Shown here piece by piece: positions 21,060-29,109 of a DNA stretch of 64,000 nucleotides. The notes beneath the pieces were generated by a model. That model did not search any database. It was not told the DNA's origin and worked only from the letters and a program-made list of their open reading frames with translations. This stretch comes from Vulcanimicrobiota bacterium (lineage in GTDB: Bacteria; Vulcanimicrobiota; Vulcanimicrobiia; Eremiobacterales; Eremiobacteraceae). The stretch's first letter is position 1. Each line of letters starts with the position of its first letter. The stretch covers positions 1,472,001 through 1,536,000 of the forward strand of contig CAWETU010000001.1 of NCBI GenBank assembly GCA_963812135.1. Direction: 5' to 3'. A program made the position numbers and the translations under genes.

Positions 21060-22286
21060 ATGCCAAGCTTCGCATACCAAGCCAAAGACTCGACCGGGAA
21101 ATCCGTGAACGGCGTCATCGAGGCGGAAAACGAGCGCGTCTTACGCGCCAAGCTCCGCGAGATGAACTATTACGTCACCGGCATCACGCAGAAACAGACC
21201 ACCGGTCTCAACGCGGACATCGGTCAGGTCTTCCAACGTCTTCGAGGAGTCAACGAACAAGCGCTCGTCGTGTTCGCGCGCCAGTTCGCGACGATGATCA
21301 ACGCCGGCTTGGCGATGGTGCGATGCCTCGACGTCCTGAGCGTGCAGACCGAAGACGCCATCCTCAAGACGGTCATCACGGCGGTGCGCCGCGAAGTCGA
21401 AGGCGGCTCGACCCTGGCCGCCGCGCTCGGCAAGTTCCCCAAAGTGTTCTCCCCGCTGTTCGTCAACATGGTGCGCGCGGGCGAGCTCGGCGGTATCTTG
21501 GACGACGTCCTCAACCGCCTCGCGACGTTCCTCGAAAAAGACTTCAACCTGAAGAAGAAGGTCAAATCGGCGATGACGTACCCGGCGGTCATCCTCGTCA
21601 TGGCCGTCCTCATCGTGCTGTTCCTCGTCGTCTTCATCATGCCGACCTTCGTCGAGCTGTTCAACGGCATGCACATGACGCTGCCGGTACCGACGAAGAT
21701 CCTGATCGCGTTCACGAACGGCGCGCGCAACCCGTACGTCGTCATCCCGACGATCGTGATCGCCATCGTCGCGTTCATCCTGTTCAATCGCTACACGAGC
21801 ACGCAGGTGGGGCGACGGCAGTACGACGCCTTCAAACTGAAGCTGCCCGTGTTCGGCATGCTGATCCGCAAGGTGGCGATCTCGCGCTTCTGCCGCACGC
21901 TCGGCACCCTGCTGCAGTCAGGCGTCCCGATCATGCAGGCGCTTGAGATCGTCGGCAAGGCGTCCGGTAACGAAGTGGTCGCCGAGACGGTCAATAAGGT
22001 GAGGGAGTCCGTCCGTGAGGGTGAGTCGATCGCAGTGCCGTTGCAGCTCTCCGGGCTCTTCCCACCCTTGGTGACCCAGATGGTGGCGGTCGGCGAGGAA
22101 ACTGGTAACTTGGACGGCATGCTTTCGAAGATCTCGGATTTCTACGACACCGAAGTCGAATACATGCTCGCCTCGCTCACCTCGCTGCTCGAGCCGCTGC
22201 TCATCCTGTTCATGGGTTTCATCGTGGGCTTCATCGTGATCTCGGTGTTCCTGCCGTTGTACCAGATCATCGGGAACATCAAATAA
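21060..22286 (+). CDS. pilC: type IV pilus platform protein (GspF/PilC)
   Basis: FARQFATMINAG, VRAGELGG.L, AMTYP, VGEETGNLD and LLEP motifs. Confidence 0.96.
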   Translation: MPSFAYQAKDSTGKSVNGVIEAENERVLRAKLREMNYYVTGITQKQTTGLNADIGQVFQRLRGVNEQALVVFARQFATMINAGLAMVRCLDVLSVQTEDAILKTVITAVRREVEGGSTLAAALGKFPKVFSPLFVNMVRAGELGGILDDVLNRLATFLEKDFNLKKKVKSAMTYPAVILVMAVLIVLFLVVFIMPTFVELFNGMHMTLPVPTKILIAFTNGARNPYVVIPTIVIAIVAFILFNRYTSTQVGRRQYDAFKLKLPVFGMLIRKVAISRFCRTLGTLLQSGVPIMQALEIVGKASGNEVVAETVNKVRESVREGESIAVPLQLSGLFPPLVTQMVAVGEETGNLDGMLSKISDFYDTEVEYMLASLTSLLEPLLILFMGFIVGFIVISVFLPLYQIIGNIK

Positions 22287-22296
22287 CGTGGGAGCA

Positions 22297-23043
22297 ATGG
22301 TGGCGGCGTCGCTGAGACTTGCAACGAATCCCGAGTTCGTCCAGTACCGGCAAAGCCGGTCGCTGGAGCAGCGCGATGCCCTCGTCGTGCGCCACATGCC
22401 GCTCGTCAAACGGGTCGCCGCGCACTACGCGCGCGATCCCGGCACGCGCGACGATCTCATCCAAGTCGGCTACGTCGGGCTCATCAAAGCCGTCGAGAAC
22501 TTCGATCCCAGCATGGGCGTGCCGTTCGAGGCGTACGCGCGTCCGATGATCGCCGGCGAGATCACGCATTACTTGCGCGATCAGGCGCCGGTCATCAAGC
22601 CGCCGCGCTGGTATCAAGGGCTCAGCGTCAGACTGCACGAGACGCGCGAGCGGCTCATGGCGACGCTGCAGCGCGAGCCGACCGTCGACGAACTCGCCGA
22701 CGGCATGAACATGACGCCCGAGGGCGTGCAAGAGATCCTCAAGCTGCGCGCCTCGTATAACCTGATGTCGCTGACGTCCAACGCCGAATCAGCCGAGACG
22801 CACGTGCGGATCGACGCGATCCGCAGCCGCCGTCACATGAACTTCCAACTGCCGATCGAGGACCGCGTCACGCTCGATATGGCGATCGAGCAGCTCGCCG
22901 ATTTCGAGAAGCGCGTGGTCCATCTGTTCTTCTTCATGGACCTGACGCAAACGGAGATCGCGACGCGTCTTGGCTCGACGCAGCGGCAGATTTCCCGCGT
23001 GCTTGCCAAGACTCTGGAGAAGATGCGCTCGCGTCTCGTCTAG
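22297..23043 (+). CDS. group 3 sigma factor, SigB/SigF/SigG family
   Basis: DDLIQVGYVGLIKAVENFD, IAGEITHYLRD, REPTVDELA, region 4 TQTEIA.RLG..Q.QISR. Confidence 0.9.
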   Translation: MVAASLRLATNPEFVQYRQSRSLEQRDALVVRHMPLVKRVAAHYARDPGTRDDLIQVGYVGLIKAVENFDPSMGVPFEAYARPMIAGEITHYLRDQAPVIKPPRWYQGLSVRLHETRERLMATLQREPTVDELADGMNMTPEGVQEILKLRASYNLMSLTSNAESAETHVRIDAIRSRRHMNFQLPIEDRVTLDMAIEQLADFEKRVVHLFFFMDLTQTEIATRLGSTQRQISRVLAKTLEKMRSRLV

Positions 23044-23048
23044 CGGGA

Positions 23049-23064
23049 TGTGAGCTAGATCACT
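23049..23064. promoter_or_regulatory. CRP-type binding site TGTGA-GCTAGA-TCACT upstream of the pilin genes
   Basis: 9/10 match to TGTGA-N6-TCACA in an intergenic region; Crp-family gene in the same locus. Confidence 0.6.
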
Positions 23065-23108
23065 CTTTGACTTAAGTCGACTTCGGCACAACGACGGGTT
23101 GTCTGCGC

Positions 23109-23136
23109 TCACACCAATCGGGGCATTAACCGATAG
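23109..23136 (+). promoter_or_regulatory. putative sigma28-type promoter (TCAC-N16-ACCGATAG) upstream of pilin 1
   Basis: partial match to TAAA-N15/16-GCCGATAA. Confidence 0.4.
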
Positions 23137-23247
23137 GAATAACACTCCGGCGCGCACGCAGCATTGGAACCTGGCTTGTGCGGCGCGCGATCGTCTAGGA
23201 CCGGCGATCATCGGATTACTTTCAGCTTGATGGAAGGACCATTTCAC

Positions 23248-23714
23248 GTGAACAGACTTCAGAAGGGATTCACGCTGATCGAGCTGATGATCGTTATCGC
23301 GATCATCGCGATCCTTGCGGCAATTCTCATCCCCAACTTCCTGCACGCGCGTGCACAATCGCAATCGGCGTCTTGCCAAGGTAACGAGAAGCAGCTCGCG
23401 ACCGCGCTCGAAGAGTACGCAGTGGATCACAACGGCACGTATCCGGCGACCTTCGCGGCTCTCATCACGCCCGGCCGGCGCCCATCCCGGCCGGCACGTA
23501 TCTCCAGGTGCTCCCGCCGGATCCGGCGGGCGGCATGCCTATACCCTGGCCGTGCCGGCAGTGGCACCGTGCACCGCACGTAGCGGCCAACTCGTACCTC
23601 ATCACCGACGGCGGTAACCACGACACGACGACGATCACCAGCATGCCCCTCTACGCGGCAGGCGATCTCCATATCGTCTACTGCTCCGGTTCGGGCCTAG
23701 CAGCGCAACCGTAA
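23248..23714 (+). CDS. pilA: type IV pilin 1 (probable major pilin); frameshifts around 23480-23535
   Basis: GTG start; class III signal KG|FTLIELMIVIAIIAILAAILIP; C-terminus YCSGSGL parallels pilin 2. Confidence 0.85.
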
Positions 23715-23741
23715 ACCCTACTAAGTGCATCGGCGGAAATA

Positions 23742-23775
23742 GGCGAGGCGAGCCACACAGCACGCCTCGCCTTTT
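23742..23775 (+). terminator. intrinsic terminator after pilin 1
   Basis: GGCGAGGCG/CGCCTCGCC stem followed by TTTT. Confidence 0.7.
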
Positions 23776-23815
23776 CTCTGCCGCCTCACGACGTGAGCAG
23801 ATTGAGAGAGTTTCC

Positions 23816-24275
23816 GTGAGAGACCCGCACCGCACTCGGGGCTTCACGCTCATCGAATTGATGATCGTCATCGCGATCATCGCGATCCTCGCCGCGATCC
23901 TGGTCCCAAACTACTTGCATGCAAGAGCCGAAGCGCAGACGTACAGCTGCGAAGGCAACTTGCGGCAGCTGGCGACCGCGCTTGAAGAATATGCCACTGA
24001 CAACCGCGGCCAATACCCCGCCAATATCGCGGCGCTGCAGGCCGCCGGCGCCGGCGCGTATCTGCAAAACGTGCCGGTCGACCCGGGGGGCGGCAACTAC
24101 ACGCTGACCAATACCGCTGTCGCACCCTGCGCCAACCCGGGCGGCGGGCCGACCTACACCGATCTCGGACGGCGACCAACACGACCCGTCGACAGGCACC
24201 CGATTACCCGGTTATGCGGTCGGCAACAGAGGCATTGACTACTGCGCCAACTCGGGGCTGATATCGGTTCCTTAG
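23816..24275 (+). CDS. type IV pilin 2 (paralogue); frameshift near 24160
   Basis: RG|FTLIELMIVIAIIAILAAILVP; C-terminus ISDGDQHD...YCANSGLISVP* in a shifted frame. Confidence 0.85.
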
Positions 24276-24328
24276 CTTTCGACGCCACCGCCGCGTACGT
24301 CATACCGTTTGCCGCGCTCCTCGGCGCG

Positions 24329-25051
24329 GTGTTCGGCTCGTTTCTCAACGTCGTCATCTATCGATTGCCCCGCGGCGAGTCGCTCTGGTTCCCCGGATCG
24401 CAATGCGGCGCGTGCGGACACGCGCTCCGCGCGCTCGACAACGTCCCCGTCGTGAGCTGGCTCGCGCTGCGCGGCCGCTGCCGCTATTGCAACGCACCCA
24501 TCGCAGCGCGCTATCCGCTGGTGGAGATCCTCACCGCCGCAATCTTCGTGCTCGCGGTTCTCGAGTTCGGCATTTCGCTGCAAACGCTCGCCGCTTGCGT
24601 GCTCGGCGGCCTGCTGATCGTCATCGCGTTCGTGGATCTGGACCATCTGCTCGTCCTCGACGCGACGACCGCCGCCGGTGCGGTCATCGGCATCGGCATC
24701 GCGCTGGCGACGCACCGGATCGTCGACGCGCTCGAGGGTGCCGCGGCCGCAGCCGCGATCTTCGGCCTCATCTACGCGCTGACGCGCGGGGCCGGCATGG
24801 GTTTTGGCGACGTCAAGCTTGCCGCGATGATCGGCCTGTTCGTCGGTTTTCCGAGCGCGATCTGGGCCTCGGCAGCGGCGTTCATCATCGGAGCGGCGCT
24901 CGCGATCCCAGTGCTGCTCGCGCGCCGGCGGGGCCGCCGGGACGCACTCCCGTTCGGGCCGTTTTTGGTGATAGCGGCCATAGTCGCGACCTTCGCGCCG
25001 GCCGTCTTCAGCGGCCCCTACGACGCGTATCGCGCCCTCTTGAACAACTAG
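24329..25051 (+). CDS. pilD: prepilin peptidase (A24); true start probably further upstream
   Basis: GSFLNVVIYRLP, S.C..C, GRCRYC, GMGFGDVKL and PFGPFL motifs. Confidence 0.93.
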   Translation: MFGSFLNVVIYRLPRGESLWFPGSQCGACGHALRALDNVPVVSWLALRGRCRYCNAPIAARYPLVEILTAAIFVLAVLEFGISLQTLAACVLGGLLIVIAFVDLDHLLVLDATTAAGAVIGIGIALATHRIVDALEGAAAAAAIFGLIYALTRGAGMGFGDVKLAAMIGLFVGFPSAIWASAAAFIIGAALAIPVLLARRRGRRDALPFGPFLVIAAIVATFAPAVFSGPYDAYRALLNN

Positions 25052-25055
25052 CCCC

Positions 25056-25082
25056 TCAAGCGCCCGCGTCAGCTGCCGATAT
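25056..25082 (+). promoter_or_regulatory. putative sigma28-type promoter (TCAA-N15-GCCGATAT) upstream of the crp-family gene
   Basis: strong match to the sigma28 consensus with correct spacing. Confidence 0.6.
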
Positions 25083-25103
25083 TGTCAGAGAGGCGATAGA
25101 GAC

Positions 25104-25805
25104 GTGCAACGAACGACGGATAAACCACTCGACGCAGCGCTCCTGAAAAAGGTGCCGCTGTTCGCTGAATTTTCCGACGACGATCGCGCGACGGTGGCCG
25201 CGCTGATGATCGGCCGCCATTATCCCAAACACGCCGTGCTCGTCTACGAGGGCGACCCCGGCGACGCGCTGTTCATCGTCGTCAACGGCAACGTCGCGGT
25301 GACGCGCGTCAGCAACGACGGCAAAGAGACGATCCTCACCATCTTGCGCGAGGGCGATTTCTTCGGCGAGATGGGCGTGCTCGACGGATCGCCGCGCTCC
25401 GCCACGATCAAGTCGTTGCGCGACGTCGACGTCGCCATCTTGCCGCGTAAAGACTTCCTCGATCTGCTCGCCAAGAGCCCAGCGATGAGCCTTTCCCTGG
25501 TGCTGGCGCTGTCATCGCGCCTGCGCGAGACGAACCAAGCCATCCAGGCGGCGGCATATCAAGACATCAGAACGCGATTGGCGTCACTGTTGATCCATCT
25601 CTCCAAGAATTTCGGCGAGGCCGCCGAGAACGGCACGCGCCTCACCCTGCGCCTGACCAATCAAGAGATGGCCAACATGATCGGCACGACGCGCGAGACG
25701 GTCAACCGCATGTTGAACCGCTTTTGGGATGAGAAGCTCATCGACATGCGCACCGCCAACATCGTCATCACCGATATGGCCAAGCTTAAGACCATCGTGA
25801 CCTAA
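25104..25805 (+). CDS. Crp/Fnr family transcriptional regulator (CRP-like)
   Basis: cNMP pocket FFGE...RSAT; HTH recognition helix TTRETVNR (R-E-x-x-x-R). Confidence 0.93.
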   Translation: MQRTTDKPLDAALLKKVPLFAEFSDDDRATVAALMIGRHYPKHAVLVYEGDPGDALFIVVNGNVAVTRVSNDGKETILTILREGDFFGEMGVLDGSPRSATIKSLRDVDVAILPRKDFLDLLAKSPAMSLSLVLALSSRLRETNQAIQAAAYQDIRTRLASLLIHLSKNFGEAAENGTRLTLRLTNQEMANMIGTTRETVNRMLNRFWDEKLIDMRTANIVITDMAKLKTIVT

Positions 25806-25817
25806 CGAACGGCCGAG

Positions 25818-25843
25818 GCGGTCGAATAAATTCGACCGCGACA
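25818..25843 (-). repeat. REP-like palindrome GCGGTCGAATAAATTCGACCGC
   Basis: perfect 10-bp arms with a 2-nt centre; intergenic; same family as 4139 and 33426. Confidence 0.75.
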
Positions 25844-25855
25844 CCAGCGAAGTAG

Positions 25856-25887
25856 AAGGCGTCCCCCAAAAGGGGACGTCTTGCTTT
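25856..25887 (+). terminator. hairpin terminator after the crp-family gene
   Basis: AAGGCGTCCCC-CAAAA-GGGGACGTCTT then GCTTT. Confidence 0.6.
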
Positions 25888-25915
25888 GCGGGAGGCATGG
25901 GGCGAATGAATGTTC

Positions 25916-25942
25916 TAAACACCCGTCCCGGTTTGCCGATGA
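25916..25942 (+). promoter_or_regulatory. putative sigma28-type promoter (TAAA-N15-GCCGATGA) upstream of pilM
   Basis: near-perfect sigma28 consensus with exact spacing. Confidence 0.65.
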
Positions 25943-26020
25943 AAAGACCGTAAGGCGTTTTTCCCGGACGGCCTTGCACATTGTCGGCTCGGCATTTCGT
26001 GGGGATTGGATAGGACGGCC

Positions 26021-27133
26021 ATGTCGTTCCTCAGTCGGTTGTTCTCTCGCGGCGGAAGTCACCATATCGGTGTCGATTTCGGCTCGTCCGAGATCAAGGC
26101 GGTCCAGTTCGGCCAATCGGCACGCGGACCGGTCCTCGAGCACGTGTATCGCACGCCGACGCCGGTCAATTCCATCAAGGACGGCGTCGTCGTCGATCCG
26201 CCTGCGGTCGGTGACGCGTTGCGCCAGATGATCACGGATGGCGCGTTCACCGCGCGTCGCGTCGTCACGTCGGTCACCGGACCAACCGTCGTCGTGCGTC
26301 AAGTGACGATGCCGGTGATGAGCGAACGCGAGCTGCTTGAGTCGACGAAATACGAAGCCGAACGTTTCCTGCCATATTCGGTCGAAGAAGCGCAGATGGA
26401 CGCGAAGATCCTCGGGCGCTCGGAAGACGGCCAGAACATGGACGTCTTGATCGTCGCGGCGCAAAAAGAACTGGTCTTGTCGCAGCTGTCCGCGCTGCAG
26501 TCAGCCGGACTGCAGGCGTCGATCGTCGAGATCGAGCCGTTCGCAATGGTGCGCGCGATGCTCTCACCCGACGACCCCTCGTTCGAACAGAACATCGCGA
26601 TCATCAACATCGGCGCGTCGTCGACGAGCATCAACGTGACCAAGGGCGGATTCGTGCCGTTCACGCGCTACGTGCCGATCGGCGGCGACGCGATGACCAA
26701 AGCCATCGCCGGCGGCATGAACATCTCGCCGGACGAAGCGGAGAAGATGAAGCGCGAGAAAGCGGCGATCATCACGCAGGGTTCGACCGAGCCGGTGGCG
26801 CCCACGGTCACCCGTCTGTTCAACATCATCACCCCGCCGCTCACCGAACTCGTCTCCGAGATCCACAAATCGCTCGACTACTTCCGCACGCGGTTCCGCG
26901 GCGAAGTCATCGAGTCGGTGATCCTGGGCGGCGGTTCGGCGCGCCTGGCCAACATCGACTCGTTCCTCGGCCAAGAATTGGGCCTGCCGGTCAGCATCGC
27001 CGATCCGCTGGAACGCGCCGCGTACAACGCGGTGGACTTCCCGGCGGAGTATCTGCGCGACATGGGACCGTCGTTGATCGTCGCTGCGGGTCTTGGCCGG
27101 CGCGACATCGCCGAAGCAGGGCGGGCCGCATGA
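26021..27133 (+). CDS. pilM: type IV pilus assembly protein PilM
   Basis: IGVDFGSSEIK, EAERFLPY, INIGASST and ILGGGSA actin-like motifs. Confidence 0.95.
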   Translation: MSFLSRLFSRGGSHHIGVDFGSSEIKAVQFGQSARGPVLEHVYRTPTPVNSIKDGVVVDPPAVGDALRQMITDGAFTARRVVTSVTGPTVVVRQVTMPVMSERELLESTKYEAERFLPYSVEEAQMDAKILGRSEDGQNMDVLIVAAQKELVLSQLSALQSAGLQASIVEIEPFAMVRAMLSPDDPSFEQNIAIINIGASSTSINVTKGGFVPFTRYVPIGGDAMTKAIAGGMNISPDEAEKMKREKAAIITQGSTEPVAPTVTRLFNIITPPLTELVSEIHKSLDYFRTRFRGEVIESVILGGGSARLANIDSFLGQELGLPVSIADPLERAAYNAVDFPAEYLRDMGPSLIVAAGLGRRDIAEAGRAA

Positions 27134-27164
27134 CGGCATCGCGCATGAGCAAAGGGTGGCGTTC

Positions 27165-27743
27165 GTGCTGAACATCAACTTACTCCCATCATCGCAACGG
27201 CCGACGGTCGTCATCTTCGATCGCACACTGGCGATCGGCCTGACGCTCATCGCGGTCGAGCTGCTCGCGCTGGCGGCGTTCACGTTCTACGAGAACCGTG
27301 TCATCACGGACCTGAACAATCAGTACGCTGATCTGGTGCAGCGGGTGACCGCCGAACAGCTGGCGGTCAAAGAAGTTGACGACCTGCGCGACCAGGCTGC
27401 AGCGCTGCAGCAGAAAGCCGAGCTGCTCGAGCGCATCAAAGAGAGCCCTCTGCAGCTCGCGGAGATCTTGCGCGATCTGCGCAACCAGGATCCGCGCGGG
27501 GTTTGGTACACAAGCGTCTCGGTCAATCACGTGTCGTCTGGCGGGTCGGTGGCCATCCAGGGCAAGACCTCGAACTATCGCGACGTCGCGGACCTCATGC
27601 TCAACCTGGACAGCTCGCGCGTGTTCGGCGACGCCACGCTGCAGAGCGCGACGCAACAGCTGGACAACGGCCAGACGAAACCGGGCGGCATCACGTTCAC
27701 CATGAACGGCGGGCTGAGCCCCGCGGTGGTGGGCCAGCAATGA
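27165..27743 (+). CDS. pilN: PilN
   Basis: N-terminal INLLP motif, TM helix, coiled coil; follows pilM. Confidence 0.88.
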   Translation: MLNINLLPSSQRPTVVIFDRTLAIGLTLIAVELLALAAFTFYENRVITDLNNQYADLVQRVTAEQLAVKEVDDLRDQAAALQQKAELLERIKESPLQLAEILRDLRNQDPRGVWYTSVSVNHVSSGGSVAIQGKTSNYRDVADLMLNLDSSRVFGDATLQSATQQLDNGQTKPGGITFTMNGGLSPAVVGQQ

Positions 27744-28607
27744 ACATCCAGCTCAGCACCTTCAACAGAGTCCTCATCGTCAGCGGGCTGTTCCTCGTGA
27801 TCGCTCTGATCGGATTCTTCTTCATCGTGCAGCCGAAGAAGAACCAAGAGACCCAAACGCGGGCGCAGATCGCCGATCTGCAGACGCAATACGACGGCCT
27901 CAAACGAGTGGCGGATCAAAAGCCGCTGTACCTCGCGTTCACCGATCAGATCCGGCAGCGGCTCAAAGGCGTCGAAGTCACCGCCGATCCGCGTCTGTAC
28001 GTGCCATCATACTTGAAACAGATCGAAGACCTCGCGACGCGCGACGGGTTGACGGTCACCGGGGTCACGCCCCAAGCGACGCCGATCCCTTCGCCAGGCC
28101 CCAGCGGATCGCCGCCGCCGGAGGTGCAGCGTCCGAATATCCCCGGCCCGATCGGCCAGGCCGCGAACACGCTGGCTGCGGGCGTCGGCGGCACGACGCG
28201 CGTTGCCGCAAAACCCGGTCGCCGGCGCTGCCGGCCCGCCACGGCCCGGCGCGACGCCCGTCCCAGGCGGGTCGACCAACGTCAACGCCGCCGCCGAAAC
28301 GAACCCGGCGCGCGCGGCCGCGATCGCGTACCTGAACCAGTCGTTCACCCAGGTGCCGCTCGGGATGGACTTCGATGGGCGCTATGACGCCCTCGAACGG
28401 TTCTTACGCGACCTATCAAAATTCCAAAAACTCATCGGCGTCGGCGACATCACGTTGACACCTGGGGGCAGCGCCAATGACGTCGGCGTCAGCCCGCACC
28501 TGAAGATCACCCTGCCGATTGTGGCGTACAGACTCAGTCCGAATGCTGCTCCAGCCGGTCCGCTCGTGTTGCCTTCGCCAACGCCAAAACCGGGGGCTAA
28601 GAGATGA
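27740..28607 (+). CDS. pilO: PilO with Pro/Gly-rich insert; frameshift near 28203
   Basis: TM + coiled coil, PSYLKQIEDLA; C-terminus G.Y..LERFL.DL....KLI.V in a shifted frame. Confidence 0.82.
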
Positions 28608-29107
28608 GGATCATCGCCGTACTCGCGATCGCGCTCGGTTGTTTGGTCATCACGGCCTGCAGCTCGCCGCCGCCGCCGGCGGGACCGGTGCGCGTCGCTA
28701 CGCGGCCGGACGTCGGACCGCCGCCGGCGGTCTCCACGCCGGTGCCGATCGTCGTCTCTAAGCCAAACCCGAACGCCGGCAGAGCCGATCCATTCGTCGT
28801 GTTGTACAGCGCCGGAGCATCGCGGCCGAACCGGGTGGCGGGGAATCGCTTCCCGCGCATCCCGACTTTGCCGGGGTTCGAAGGCGCGCCGAACGGCCTC
28901 AAACCCGCTTCGGTGTGGGATGGCGTGCGCGTGAGCGGCATCGTGCAGGCCAACGGATATTCCGCCATCATCGAGGCGGATGGGAAATCATATGTCGCAC
29001 GTGAGGGCGATTCGATCGCCGGCAAGTTCCGCGTCGTGGCCATCGGGCCCGGATATGTCACGCTTTCATCTGCTGAAGGCGTGCGCAACTTCTCGCTAGG
29101 GGGTTAA
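28604..29107 (+). CDS. pilP: PilP-like lipoprotein
   Basis: lipobox ITAC, RADPF motif, VSGIV....SAII....SY.AREGD. Confidence 0.75.
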   Translation: MRIIAVLAIALGCLVITACSSPPPPAGPVRVATRPDVGPPPAVSTPVPIVVSKPNPNAGRADPFVVLYSAGASRPNRVAGNRFPRIPTLPGFEGAPNGLKPASVWDGVRVSGIVQANGYSAIIEADGKSYVAREGDSIAGKFRVVAIGPGYVTLSSAEGVRNFSLGG

Positions 29108-29109
29108 CC

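Noticed and set aside
23470..24170. Phase variation or programmed frameshifting of the pilins
   Set aside because: No slippery tracts at the breaks, and similar indels hit unrelated genes such as aroC, so sequencing error is more parsimonious
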